Shown: positions 29,253-42,565, counted from the first letter of the stretch. The stretch is DNA of 64,000 bases from Eledone cirrhosa (GCA_964016885.1 OZ024741.1:43276001-43340000), one strand, 5' to 3'. Numbers and translations are program-made. The notes: generated by a model not told the origin, from the sequence alone.

Positions 29253-31507
29253 TAGCAGAAGTACTCAGCGTTGTCCGGGTTTAAGTCGACCTTTGGTCTG
29301 TTAGAATGTGTGAAAGTTACTTCCCGCGCATCACATGTGCAGAAGAAGAATTAAAAGGGCCTTTATCTTAACCTCGGCATAATGGCGAGTCTTTTGTGAC
29401 AGTTTTCAAGAATATAGGACGTTCCTGTAAAAGGTTTTCCCATGTGTAACTTTGCCTTGTTTTTTTGCGCAAAGTCGAGCCCCGCTTCAGTTTTATTGAT
29501 TTTTTACATCAATGCGTGATCTCTGAAGTAGATTTGAGTAGCTAAATACCTGTCCCGGTAAATTTGCTATAGGTGAAAATAAGTTGATCAAAATTGTATC
29601 TAGGGTTATTTCCATTTGCCACAGCCTCAAGCCTCGTCTGACGGGATGTTGGTGATTCCTCCGTCAGCGCTTGTTGGCGACGAAGGCGAACATCAGCAAG
29701 CCTTGCCGTACGTGATGTTGGTGACTCAACCAGCCGGGAAAGACGTCTATCAGCGAGTCGAGATTCGCGCTCAGCAGGTGTTTCCTAGAGAAAATTAATT
29801 AATTCTACTGGTTAGCTAAGCCAATGGAAGTGTCAATAGTAAATGAGAAAAGTCTAACATGAACAAAAGGGAATCAAGGTAAGATAATAAATTTAATATA
29901 ACTACGATTAGAATGTTGTAGTTGCTTAAAAGTGGTGACAGTTAGGATAAACGCAGTACTTGCAAATATTAAGGGAGAATATTGCATAAAGGATTAATCA
30001 ATTGTGAATGAACTCATACCTGAGAACGCCTAATTCGTTGTCTCAAAGCAATAGCTGTACCTTTTTTGGAGGTAAGTCTTGAACGTTTCCGTGTGGGCAT
30101 AACGACGTGTAACGAAGTTTTTATGTTAGAGAGAGGTGATTAAATACAGAGAGAGATGACACCAGATTCGTTAGCATGGTTACTGGTGAATGGGAAGGTT
30201 TGGAAATATGATTACAATAACTTACAGAATTTTCCCGTCTATAAATTGCACTTAAAATAATTAAATTTAATCAAAAAACAGCTCTGCGCTTTATACTCCG
30301 GTGAGCCTTATGTATAAATAATACAATGGTAATCAATCACGGCTCTAGACTAAAAGTAAAGAAGATAGCATTTTCTGGTTGGCCTTACACGCCGTTGCGC
30401 GGACCTGATTTTAAATGATACGCCTTATATCCTGGTGAGCCTTATAGAGCGGAAAATATCTATTGGAAAAGAATACGAATTCATGACCAAAGTGTGACAA
30501 AATAGGCGTCTATACAGCGCCTGAAACAAACTTGTCCAAAACCCTAGGATTTTTCTCGTTAAGTATCCACCCAAAAGGAACCGTTTTTTAGTTACAAAAA
30601 ATAACCAAAGTGTATAGAGTAGTTATATTTCTGACATATCATGCCAAAAAGAACAATATATTCAAAAAATGTTCTAAAGTACATTCAATCTCTCTTTTTG
30701 ACCGATATCTTAATAAGCAAGTTATCGATTTTTTATTGGCTGTCAGTATCTATCTGCATGCAGGTGTGCACGTGTGCGCAATTAATTGCAAATACGCTCA
30801 TAACATTTAGTCGGAAGCAGAACAAAAAATGCCATTAGAGGTGGGCTAATAATGAAGACAGAAACCCTGGTGAACTTACGTTTAAACACCCGAAAAGTTA
30901 CTCACTTCCTGTGCAAAAGACTGTATTATAAATTAAGTAATCTTTTAGAATCTTTTGTTTAAAAAAGGAAAACATTGGTACGACGTAAATTATTTTACTT
31001 GTATTGTATGTGTACAACACAACTTGGTCAACGTATTATTTATTTATTTTTTTTAAAAAAAGCATCATTATTTAAGACTGTTTGAAAATTTACTCACAGC
31101 TTTTAGGTTCACAAAAGACACCATTAAATTTGGTTCCCTTTTCAAATAGGGATAATACTGTATTTCCACTTGAATCAGGTGGAATATGAAAAGATAAACT
31201 CTTTACTGAGACAGCTGGGAAGACATGCAGCTGGCCGTCCAATCAATAACGCACGTCCTTCTATGGGCATATGAAATTTATTTTTATTGCGCCAGATGTA
31301 AATTAAGAGTTATTGTGTTCGAATTCACATAAAATTTCATTGGAATCGAAGAACATTCTGTCATAGGGACCGATTATCGATTTTTCGAAAATTTCAAGTA
31401 GCCTATTCCACTCTACGCGTTGAGTTTTATATATGTGTGAGGTGTCATGGACATTGGATGAACAGTGTAGCATGCAAGTTCGGTACACTAAACAATGTCC
31501 ATCTTCC

Positions 31508-31515
<8 letters not shown>
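29252..31515 (-). mobile_element. Non-autonomous Helitron-like element (right boundary uncertain)
   Basis: Minus strand ends cccggacaacgctgagtacttctg-CTAG-t (imperfect hairpin + CTAG before T). The other end runs into (TA)n as tatataaagggaag. Confidence 0.6.
30223..30462. mobile_element. Degenerate pogo/Tc2-like MITE nested in the Helitron-like element
   Basis: tacagaattttcccgtctataa ... ttatagagcggaaaatatcta, with internal repeats of (g)ccttata..c.ggtgagccttat. Confidence 0.5.
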
Positions 31516-31568
<53 letters not shown>

Positions 31569-31737
31569 TAAGAGGAATTCCAACTTTGTCTGATTTACTC
31601 GTTTTATTTACAATCCTTTAAAATATATAATGGTATTATAATGAAATAGTATGATAGAATATTAAATTCTAAGTGTTAATTGAACAATTACTTTCATGCT
31701 TTCGCATTCTTCAGGTTCATAATATGTGGTGACAGTC

Positions 31738-31823
<86 letters not shown>

Positions 31824-33021
31824 GAGGTTTTTTTTACAAAATGAAAAATAACCGAGGTGTCCTACACGAGTGAAAGTATAAAGAAAAAGAGAGGAAATCG
31901 AAAATGCAACTGGAGTCTTATTTTTGTTTAAAATATACATATTTATTTGGTTCCTTTACCGGTTTCGCAGTTCTTCTGCTTTTCAAAAGGTGAGTTGAGA
32001 TGGAGTGTCTGTGGTTTTTCTCAAATCTGGTTGGTCTCTGAATGTTACTTGTTTTATATGGAAAACGTGGCTCGAAATGCCAGGTTTTTCGAGAAGTAAT
32101 TTGATTGGTTTGTCAATAATTATAATAAACTTCGCGCCAGTTCGCGTTACAATAGTTCTTCAAATAAGAGGGGGGGGGGGGATTGTCACAGGTTGGTTTT
32201 TCATATATGAGTGTTGGAATTTCTTTTTACTTGTAAAAATGGGCTCACGGAGGCTTTTTTTGGTTGGTTATAAATGAAATTATGGCTGTCACGTGAACAA
32301 GTTTTCATCAAATTTTCGTGCCCTTATTTGGAAATCCATTCTGTAGCCTGTTTAGAGAATTTTATGATAAGTGAAAGATAATGGTCAAGAGAAAGGGATG
32401 GGAGAATTGTTCTGGTTCAGTGAATATGGTTAGTTCCCTGGGGTGTCAGAATTCACATTTTCTATTGAATAAAGAAAGTAAAGATATATATGTTTATTTG
32501 TGTGCTTGTGTGTGTGTGCGTGTGTGTGTTGTGTGTGTGTGTGTATGTGTGTATTGGAAGATGATTCTATTAGTAGAAATGGGGGAGGGAGTTGTGTGTG
32601 TGTGTATATGGGTGTTATGTGTGTGTGTGCGAGTATGTTAAGATGGAGAGAATATATATTTTGTGTGTGTGTATATATGTGTGTAGGAAAGTGGTTCTAT
32701 TAGTAGAAATGGGGGAGGGAGTTGTGGGTGTGGGGGTTGTTATGTGTGTGTATGGGTGTTATGTGTGTGGGAGTATGGTGAGCATGTTAAGATGAAGAGA
32801 ATATATATATATATATTGTGTGTGTGTGTGTGTGTAGGAAAATGATTCCTTTAGGAGGAATATTTTTGAATGAACATATTTTCCTTACTTATTCGTATTT
32901 GTTCTGTTGTATTGTCAGTGCAAACGTATGTTAAGGTTTATTTAGTTCGGGTTTTTATTTTCTAAAGAAGAAGGTGTTATGTGTGTGTGTATGTCATATT
33001 ATGGTGTTGACATAATGTATA

Positions 33022-33830
33022 TTAAACCATATTTAATGCTGGTCTATGTTTCTGAATAAACATATTTTCATTATTTATTCGTATTTGTTCTGTTGTATTG
33101 ACAGCGCAAAGGTAAAATGGGAAGACTTGGAATTTGGGTGTCTTATTACTTGCGCAAATGTCTAGATGTGCACTTAGTGGTATCTGTCTCGTGGTTGGAT
33201 CTCGTAATTGTTGGCGATGAACTGTCATTCTGTTTCTGAGTGTGAGTTTAGTTTGTCCTATATAATCTTCATTGCATCCTTTACATTTAATGGTATAAAG
33301 TAGATTTTTTGATGAGCAAGTGAAGTGATTTTTTACAGTAAAATTTTGTCCTGATATAAATGTATACGTGTTGCCTTCAATGAGGTGAGTGCAGGTTCCA
33401 CAATTAGAGCGACCACATTTTTTGATACTTGGTTGTGGGTTTGTGGTAGGTAATTTGGCAATGGTGAGTAATGTTTTCAGTGATTTTGGTTGTCTTTTGC
33501 TTTGGATTGTTTTGTGTGTTTCAAGGGCTTTTTTCATTCTTGGGTTTTGTTTTAGTAGTGGGATATTCTTGTGAATAGTGTTGTAAGCTTCCGCATTTCT
33601 TGGGTTGTATGTTGAGATATATGATAGAATATTGGACGTACATTGAATTTGTTTCTGTTTCCGTAATTCATCAATGCCTATTGCTTTAGCCCTTTCTATT
33701 CCATTATTTATTAGTAATAGTGGGTACTCTCTCTCGAGTAGAATTTCCTTTAATTCTTGAAGTCTTTTATTTCGCGTTTCATAATTGGAGACAATTGTGC
33801 AAATTCTTCTTGCTAGGTTAAAAGGAATGT
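33022..33830 (-). CDS. PLE thumb remnant + GIY-YIG endonuclease (CCHH type), open frame, RT core missing
   Basis: NIPFNLARRIC...TYNP...KCGRSNCGTC...CSSKNLLYTIKCKGCNEDYIGQT..RMTVH..SAH..E..FI..PALN. Confidence 0.85.
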
Positions 33831-33834
33831 TTTT

Positions 33835-34945
33835 TCAATGGTATTATTATATCTAATGGCATTTCCCCTGTTGTTGTGTGGTCTTGTATAGAAGTTTCGG
33901 ACGTATTGAGGTTCGGTTTGTTGATAGTCCGGGTTGTAGATTTTGTTCCTTTCTGTGGGTTGGGATCTACGGTTTTGGAACAGGCTCTGTGTGGGCAAGG
34001 GTCTACGGTTTTGGAATAGGTTTTGTGTGGGTTGTGATATGCGGATCAGGTCCTGCCTTGTGTTCGGGGATCTTTGGTTTTTGTTAGTAGGGTTATAGTT
34101 TTGTCTATGGTTTCTGGGATTATCGTTATAGTTTTGCTGGGGGTACGTTGGACGTTTTGTTACTTTTTTTGTTATTTGTTGTGCATGTGGTGTGTGAGTT
34201 TTAGTTTGTTTTAAAAATGGGTTACCTGTATGTTGTTCATTTTTGAAGTCCATTTAGTAGTTGTTGAATCAGGTGGCGTTTTATTCCCATCGCTGGAGGG
34301 ATGTTAGTTCTTCATCCTCACAGTTTTCTTTCCAAAGTTTTAGGGGTTTTTTGTAGAGTAGGCCTTCAGAGTGCTTTGAGATTTATGTGTCCATCTGTTG
34401 GTCGAGTGACTTGAAGTTTTCTTCGTTGGAGTTGGCTCTTAATCGCAACAGTTCTATTTCTGTTTTAAATTTGTCCAATGCCATCTTTTCTCTAAGTCTT
34501 TGTAGGTTTTCTGGTTCATTCGGGATTGGTTTCATTTGGAGTTTTTTGTGGAGGATGTTTGGGGTAGAATTTAGCCAATTTTCATATATGTCTGCCTTGC
34601 CATAATTTTTTAGGAGATTCCAAAGGGCGAATTTGCGGGCTGTAAGCTTTTGAGTCCAGATGTTGATTAGGGTGTTTTCACTGAGTGGACATCTCGCAGA
34701 TTGGGTTCTAACCGTTGTTCCAGCACTTGGAGCATTGCTGTTTCAGTGGTTTCGATTAGGTTAGTTAATACTGGAGTAATTTTCGTCTCTTGGGTATTTT
34801 CTGTTTCATCGTGGGGTCCTTTTTTATAGATGTGTATTTGGTCCACATTGTTGGTCAAAATTGAGAGTTTAGAGGAAATCTCTTTGAGTTTATTTAAGAT
34901 GTCCTGGTTCAGTGAGTTGTTGTTTTGTTGAGACTTTGGTGGCAT
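33835..34945 (-). pseudogene. Upstream/N-terminal PLE ORF, coiled-coil-like then Q/N/P/R-rich, disrupted
   Basis: Starts MPPKSQQ ~25 nt after the tandem pLTR end; pieces 34667-34945 and 33813-34253 with an intervening helical frame containing stops. Confidence 0.55.
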
Positions 34946-36340
34946 TTTCGGTCTTCGTATGGTGGGTATATATTAGAAAGTGAGGTTTTTTTTTACAAAA
35001 TGAAAAATAACCGAGGTGTCCTACACGAGTGAAAGTATATAGAAAAAGAGATGAAATCGAAAATGCAACTGGAGTCTTATTTAAAAAAAAATATATATAT
35101 ATTTATTTGGTTCCTTTACCGGTTTCGCAGTTCTCCTGCTTTTCAAAAGGTGAGTTGAGATGGAGAGTCTGTGTTTTTTCTCACATCTGGTTGGTCTCTG
35201 AATGTTACTTGTTTTATATGGAAAAAGTGGCTCGAAATACCAGATTTTCGAGAAGTAATTTGATTGGTTTGTCAATAATTATAATAAATTTCGCGCCAGT
35301 TCGCGTTACAATAGTTCTTCAACTAATAGAACCACTTTCCTACCCACATATATACACACACACAAAATATATATTCTCTCCTTCCTAACATACTCGCACA
35401 CACACACATAACACCCATATACACACACACACAACTCCCTTCCCCATTTCTACTAATAGAATCATCTTCTAATACACCCCCACACACACACAAGCACACA
35501 AATAAACATACACATCTTTACTTCAATAGAAAATCTGAACTCTGACACCCCAGCGAACTAACCATATTCACTGAACCAGAACCATTCTCCCAATACCATT
35601 TCTCTTGACCACTATCTTTCCCTTGTCATAACATTCTCTATAAAGGCTACAGAATAGATTTCCAAATAAAGGCGCGAAAATTTAATGAAAACTTGTTCAC
35701 GTGACAGCCAAATTTCATTTATAACCAATCAAATCACGTTTATTAAAAAAAAGCCTTCGTGAGCCACCTTTTTATTTAAGTAAAGAAATTCAAACACACA
35801 CACAACACACACGCGCACACACACAAGCACACAAATAAACATACATATCTTTACTTTCTTTATTCAATAGAAAATCTGAATTCTGACACCCCAGCGAACT
35901 AACCATATTCACTGAACCAGAACAATTCTCCCATCCCTTTCTCTTGACCATTATCTTTCACTTATCATAAAATTCTCTAAAAAGACTACAGAATGGATTT
36001 CCAAATAAGGGCACGAAAATTTAATGAAAACATGTTCACGTGACAGCCATAATTTCATTTATAACCAACCCCAAAAAAACCTTCATGAGCCCCTTTTTTC
36101 AAGTAAAAAGAAATTCAAACACTCATTTATGAAAAAGCAACCTGTGACAACCCCCCCCCCCTCTTATTTGAAGAACTATTGTAACGCGAACTGGCGCTAA
36201 ATTTATTATAATTATTGACAAACCAATGAAATTACTTCTCGAAAAACCTGGCATTTCGAGCCACTTTTTCCATATAAAACAAGTAACATTCAGAGACCAA
36301 ACAGATGTGAGAAAAACCACAGACCCTCCATCTCAACTCA

Positions 36341-36378
36341 CCTTTTGAAAAGCAGAAGAACTGCGAAACCGGTAAAGG
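36341..36378 (+). ncRNA. Minimal type I hammerhead, U3:A8 core variant
   Basis: cctt TTGAAAA gcag aagaa ctgc GAAAC cg GTA aagg. Confidence 0.85.
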
Positions 36379-36569
36379 AACCAAATAAATATATATATTT
36401 AAAAAAAAATTAAGACTCCAGTTGCATTTTCGATTTCATCTCTTTTTCTTTATATATATATATATATTTGTGTGGGTGTACACACACAAACATACACACA
36501 CATATACATGTATGTGTGTATACATATGTATTTATATTTATATGTCTCTATATATATATGTGTGTATAT

Positions 36570-36646
<77 letters not shown>

Positions 36647-38337
36647 GGTATATGTATATACGCCCATATATATGAATTTATATATATATGTATATATGTA
36701 TATGTAATAATGAGTGCGTGTATGACACACAGTAAGTTAAATGGGACATGAAATGTCTTTCATCTTTTTTAAACTAAACGAATTTTTGGTAGAAAATTCT
36801 CTCTGTTGTATATTTACGACGGCATTCTATTTACTGCCGTTTGCATAACTAATATTAACTTACAACCTTTAAATATTTTATTATCCAATTAATTCACTTT
36901 CATCATTTTTTAAAAAGCGATTCTATTTTTTTCTAATTGCAATCTATATTTTCCTACGGCATTCAATAAATTAATTTAAATATTTTATATATACTTTTAT
37001 TTAAAAAAATATATATTCAAGTGATCGGTGGTGGGAATAATTTGAATCTTGGATATTTTGCATGACAGGCACTGAAAATTATTTCTGTTTTTAATTTCAC
37101 TTTTCAATTATATATTTATTAAAATAACAGATTAAAGTTTAAGCAAAGAATCGCTGCTTTCACCCTTAACGGATCTTCTGAAACTAACAAAGTCAATCTG
37201 TAAACGCAGAAGTGGATATTTCAAAAAACGTTGCAACCGGAGGAAGACAGGAAGACGATACTTTGGTTCGTGGAAACGTTCGCTGGTAAAGAACGGGAAA
37301 AAACGAATAATACGTCATTAATAGGAGCAGTGAAAAAAATTACGCGCAAAGACAGAACCACGTTTGTGGTATAAAAGAGGTCGTAGACTAACATTCTCTT
37401 AGGTGGTTCATAGAGACGTTCTCTGGCAATGAACGAAAAAAACGAAGATAATACGTCATATGTGGAGCGTGGAGAATAACAGCACGCAAAGACAAAACCA
37501 CGTAAATAGTATAGCAGAAGTCGTGGACTAAAATTCTAATTAGGAGACCGAATGAATCTCCGCTACAGAGTTAGGAACAAAGTAAATAAATACAATACAG
37601 AAGTAATAGAAATAAATAAATACATACATGCAAACAAATACGTACATACACAAGCATACGCAAAACACTTACCATAGGTATACAAAGCCACGCACATATA
37701 AATATGTGTGTGTGTGTATGCGTGTATACAAATAAATAAATAATTATATAAACGAATATAAATAAATAAATACGTATATAACAAGCGCACACACATACCT
37801 ACATGTAAATACACGAGTGTTCGGGGACGTAAATCAACCAAACATGAAGTACACATATACGCGCACCCTACATACGTACGAATCTGCATACTCACACAGG
37901 CGCAAAACTCCTCCCGTATCCCATATGTACCAGAATATATAAAAATATACGCCATAACAATCAAATATACGTACGAGAAGGTTTACGTACCTTCACAAAA
38001 CATACGGGTAATAAATACTTACCTCCTGCCAGCATAACCAAGAACCTGGTAAGAAACGTTTCGTTTAGGCTTTCCCGTCTTTCCCCCAACGAGCGTATTT
38101 TCAACGACCATTCCACTTATTACAATGAAGCTCTTGCTGGAAGTGGATTTGTCGATAAGGTAGCATATACAGAGTACGAAAATAGACCTAGAAGAAATAG
38201 ATCCCGTCGCAGTTGTTGGTATAACCCACCATATAATATGGAGGTGGCCACACCATTAGCTAAGATCTTTCTTTCCCTTATTACGAAGCATTTTCCCCTA
38301 CACATAAATATAGTAAAATTTCGCTAAAACACTCACA

Positions 38338-39639
38338 GTGGTTAAGGATTTCGAAGTTGATGTCATCCTCAATGCTCGAAAGTCGGTGATTAATTTCGAC
38401 GACTCTATTTGGATTAAAAGATCCAATAGTACCCCATTCGACGTGAGTATGGGTGCGAGTGATTCTGCGGAGGTTACTGATCTTATCGGCATTTTCCTTC
38501 TTTTCTCTATCAAGGACGAATTCCCCAACGCGGGCGGTGGTTTGTACCGTGACGATGGTCTTTTGACCATGACTAAGTGCGGACCTCGTGCTTGCGACAG
38601 GTTCAGAAAAGAACTCACGGCCTTCTTTAAAGGCTTCAACCTCTCTATACAGGTTGAGGCCAATCTCTCGCTCGTTAATTACCTCGACGTTACCCTCAAT
38701 TTATTGAATGGGTTGTATTACCCGTATAGAAAGCCGAATGATACGCTTAATTACATAAGTAAGCATTCCAACCATCCTGCCAGCATAACCAAGAACCTGG
38801 TAAGAAACGTTTCGTTGAGGCTTTCCCGTCTTTCCACTAACGATCGTATTTTCAACGACCATTCCACTTATTACAATGATGCTCTTGCTCGAAGTGGATT
38901 TGTCGATAAGGTAGTATATACAGAGTACGAAAATAGACCTAGAAGAAATAGACCCCGTCGCATTTGTTGGTATAACCCACCATATAATATGGAGGTGGCC
39001 ACACCATTAGCTAAGATCTTTCTTTCCCTTATTACGAAGCATTTTCCCCCTACACATAAATATAGTAAAATTTTTAATAGAAATACTATTAAAATTTCTG
39101 ACTCTACGACGCCTAACCTTGCACATAGAATCACAGCTTCAAATTTAGCTAAACTACCTAGCCGTAGGAACACGTGCAACCCTGTAGTTAGTACTAACTG
39201 TAATTGTAGGAATCGGGTTGATTGCCCCCTATCCGGGAAATGCCTCTCTAGTAACATTGTCTACAAATGTAAGGTTTTAACACCCACGTCCCGTAGGGCC
39301 TACATAGGGCTAACCGCCAATAGATTCAAGCAGCGTTTTTACATGCATACCCATTCCTTTCGTTACCCCCTAAGAAGGAATATTACGTCACTTTCAGCTT
39401 ATATCTGGAGTCTAAAAGACAACCACACCCAATATAAGTTACACTGGGAGATCCTAGCTAGCGCTAGATCGTATAACGGAAATAAAAGACCATGTGACCT
39501 CTGCGCCGCTGAGGCCCTGGAAATACTCTACGCCACAGACCACATCTTAAACAAACAATCTGAGGCAATTTCGGCTTGTAAACATAAATTGCACAAAACT
39601 TTCCTGTATTACAGCCCCACGTTATACCCTAACGGATAG
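38338..39639 (+). CDS. PLE RT (C-terminal half, YRDD) + GIY-YIG endonuclease, uninterrupted 433 aa, N-truncated
   Basis: FDVSMGASDSAEVTDLIG, GGLYRDDGL, NYLDVTL, SNHP, WYNPP, CNCRNRVDCPLSGKC..IVY..YIG..FKQRF..H, CDLC, CKHK. Confidence 0.93.
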   Translation: MVKDFEVDVILNARKSVINFDDSIWIKRSNSTPFDVSMGASDSAEVTDLIGIFLLFSIKDEFPNAGGGLYRDDGLLTMTKCGPRACDRFRKELTAFFKGFNLSIQVEANLSLVNYLDVTLNLLNGLYYPYRKPNDTLNYISKHSNHPASITKNLVRNVSLRLSRLSTNDRIFNDHSTYYNDALARSGFVDKVVYTEYENRPRRNRPRRICWYNPPYNMEVATPLAKIFLSLITKHFPPTHKYSKIFNRNTIKISDSTTPNLAHRITASNLAKLPSRRNTCNPVVSTNCNCRNRVDCPLSGKCLSSNIVYKCKVLTPTSRRAYIGLTANRFKQRFYMHTHSFRYPLRRNITSLSAYIWSLKDNHTQYKLHWEILASARSYNGNKRPCDLCAAEALEILYATDHILNKQSEAISACKHKLHKTFLYYSPTLYPNG

Positions 39640-40555
39640 TACGATCTATACGTGGATATTTTACGTCTTGATGTGGGATCTAAGTATATGTTTTGTTTAT
39701 ACAATTACTTATTTGCATAGGTAAGTATTTATTACCCGTATGTTTTGTGAAGGTACGTATACCTTCTCGTACGTATATTTGATTGTTATGGCGTATATTT
39801 TTATATATTCTGTTACATATGGTATACGGGAGTTTTGCGTCTGTGTGAGTATGGAGATTCGTACGTATGTAGGGTGCGCGTATATGTGTACTTCATGTTT
39901 GGTTGACTTACGTCTCCGAACACTCGTGTACTTACATGTAGGTATGTGTGTGCGCTTGTTATATACGTATTTATTTATTTATATACGTTTATATAATTAT
40001 TTATTTATTTGTATACACGTATACACACACACACATATTTATATGTGCGTGGCTTTGTATACCTATGGTAAGTGTTTTGCGCATGCTTGTGTATGTACGT
40101 ATTTGTTTGCGTGTATGTATTTATTTATTTCTATTACTTCTGTATTGTATTTATTTACTTTGTTCCTAACTCTGTAGCGGATATTCATTCGGTCTCCTAG
40201 TTTGAATTTTAGTCCACGACTTCTGCTATACCATTTACGTGATTTTGTCTGTGCGTGCTATTGTTCTCCACGCTCCACATATGACGTACTATCTTCGTTT
40301 TTTTCGTTCATTGCCAGAGAACATCTCCATGAACCACCTAAGAGAACATTAGTCTACGACCTCTTTTATACCACATACGTGGTTCTGTCTGCGCGTAATT
40401 GTTTTTCACCGCTCCTATTAATGACGTATTATATTCGTTTTTTCCCGTTCTTTACCAGCGAACGTTTCCACGAACCCAAGTATCGTCTTCCTGTCTTCCT
40501 CTGGTTGCAACGTTTTTTGAAATATCCACTTCTGCGTTTACAGATTGACTTTGTT

Positions 40556-40606
40556 AGTTTCAGAAGATCCCGTTAAGGGTGAAAGCAGCGATTCTTTGCT
40601 TAAACT
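40556..40606 (+). ncRNA. Hammerhead-like motif with CAGAAGA core (mirror copy 37136-37185, minus)
   Basis: agttt CAGAAGA t-ccc gttaa ggg-t GAAA gca..tgc TT aaact; all three stems present. Confidence 0.6.
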
Positions 40607-40713
40607 TTAATCTGTTATTTTAATAACTATTTTCTCTACGGTTCTTATATATGGGATATATATTTATCCTTATCGAGCCCTCTTTGGATTTTAGTCTTCA
40701 AATTTATTATTAT

Positions 40714-40768
<55 letters not shown>

Positions 40769-41831
40769 TTCCATTCATCAACGACACTCATAAATGAGGA
40801 ACATTCATCAATGACACTCTTTTTTTAAATTAATTTTGGTCCATTTTAATTAAAGGAATCACATTCGGTATATATTTATTTAATCTTCTCATTACCATTT
40901 TGAAAATTGGCTAATTGCACAGACTCTTCATAATGCTGATCAACATTTATATACAGATTCAATGTCCAAATAATTCATATGAATAATAACATTTATGTAT
41001 ATATTCTTCATTATTAGGAAATGTTCTACTAGTAGAAAGTATTTATGGTAAGATTCCAAGATAATCTGATGACGTTTTATACGTCGTTTTATATTTACAT
41101 ATGCGTGCCAAGTAAAAGAAAAACACATCACAAAGGAAAACACTTCACAAAGTCTGTGTATTATATCAACTAAATAATAAAATAATACGTAAAATGGACG
41201 ATTATACCCACTAAACAGTCTAAATATTGATTCTTTACTAGCTTTATCTTTTCTATATTACAGCGTACAATAATAACACCTAGAAATAAAATATAAAAAA
41301 AATATGTTTTACAAAACTTGGATACAGTGAAGACAAAATAAATTGAAATTGGCTATAGACGATATATAGGTGAGAAGATGTATAATTGGAGCATCTACAA
41401 CTCCGAAAATGGCCCGGTCTTATCAGACCACTTGAGCGACGAAAATTGCATCGTTAGGGAAAATATGATATTACACTTTTTTTGTTTTGGAATAACTGCA
41501 ATACTATTGGATAAGGGAGTTTGATATATTTTAGTCAGATGGCGGTTCCAAATATTGCTATCTCTCTCTCCCCTTGTATGTATATATATACTCGAACATC
41601 AGTTCACGATAGTCTCACATCGCGAATAAATCAGTTCACAACGATGTCTTGAGTAATGAACATGCTAGCCAGCAACAGAAGTTGAAAAGAAGCTTGGAAA
41701 TATGATTTACTACGGTGATATCCATCACATACGATCTCTATCTCTCTCATTGTATTTCTATCTCAACATTTAGAGTGCCAAACATCATTCAGAAAGGAAA
41801 TAAGTTTGTGAGCCGAGCTTCTATATCACAC

Positions 41832-41944
<113 letters not shown>

Positions 41945-42014
41945 TTCAAGAGTAACCAATCTTAAAGAGAGAGATGGAGATAGTAGAGGAGATATGAGAG
42001 GAGAGATTGGTGAT

Positions 42015-42118
42015 TTCAACTAAACCAGATCAATTATGATATATAGTCATCTGATCCAGAAATATTATATGGAGTAGCGAAACAATTGTGAACGGACATT
42101 AATATTATTATTATTATT
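42015..42118 (+). repeat. Dispersed ~90-bp repeat ending in (ATT)n, inverted copy at ~46460-46552; possibly a LINE 3' end
   Basis: Reverse-complement match seen by eye. Confidence 0.6.
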
Positions 42119-42209
42119 CTCTACATACCTTACATCAAACTAAAATATGTTGACAATCTTTTAATAATGTCTTCCTTGTGAGGTTTGTGGTATTGTTTTG
42201 CTTAACTAA

Positions 42210-42258
<49 letters not shown>

Positions 42259-42259
42259 A

Positions 42260-42565
42260 GATTTGGGAACTACACGGTGTACAGTAATCTTGAAGGAAGT
42301 TAAACAGGGGGAATTACAATCGGCACTTTTTTCCTGTATAGTTATAGCTGCACTTATCTACCAAGCTGTAGAAGAATAGGCCTCTGGCTATCAGATAAAA
42401 GGTAAGATTCTATCAAATCTTAGCTCCGCAGACAATCTGGCCATCATGAGTTAATCTAGAACTGATCTGCAAAATGTTCAGAATGTTCTAGCTAAACATT
42501 CACTATCAACATCTCCAAAACAAAGTGTATGATAACTGACAAAAACAATGCAATCTCCAACATGC
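42260..42565 (+). pseudogene. Highly decayed LINE RT fragment
   Basis: LKEVKQGELQSALF (GVxQG motif), NLSSADNLA (YADD remnant) and INISKTKCM. Confidence 0.6.

Larger units (their letters stand above)
31815..36452 (-). mobile_element. Neptune-like PLE deletion derivative: unit 31815-34971, tandem pLTR 34972-35322, inverted pLTR 35322-36452
   Basis: GIY-YIG ORF; three pLTR copies each with an HHR (31953-31990 minus, 35113-35150 minus, 36341-36378 plus); (TA)n flanks. Confidence 0.92.
37116..40715 (+). mobile_element. Hydra-type PLE, 5'-truncated, with inverted 3' copy (37116-38024) and internal duplicate (38024-38321)
   Basis: Mirror ORFs 37563-37964 and 39740-40177; 38024-38321 duplicates ~38775-39072. 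Confidence 0.93.
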
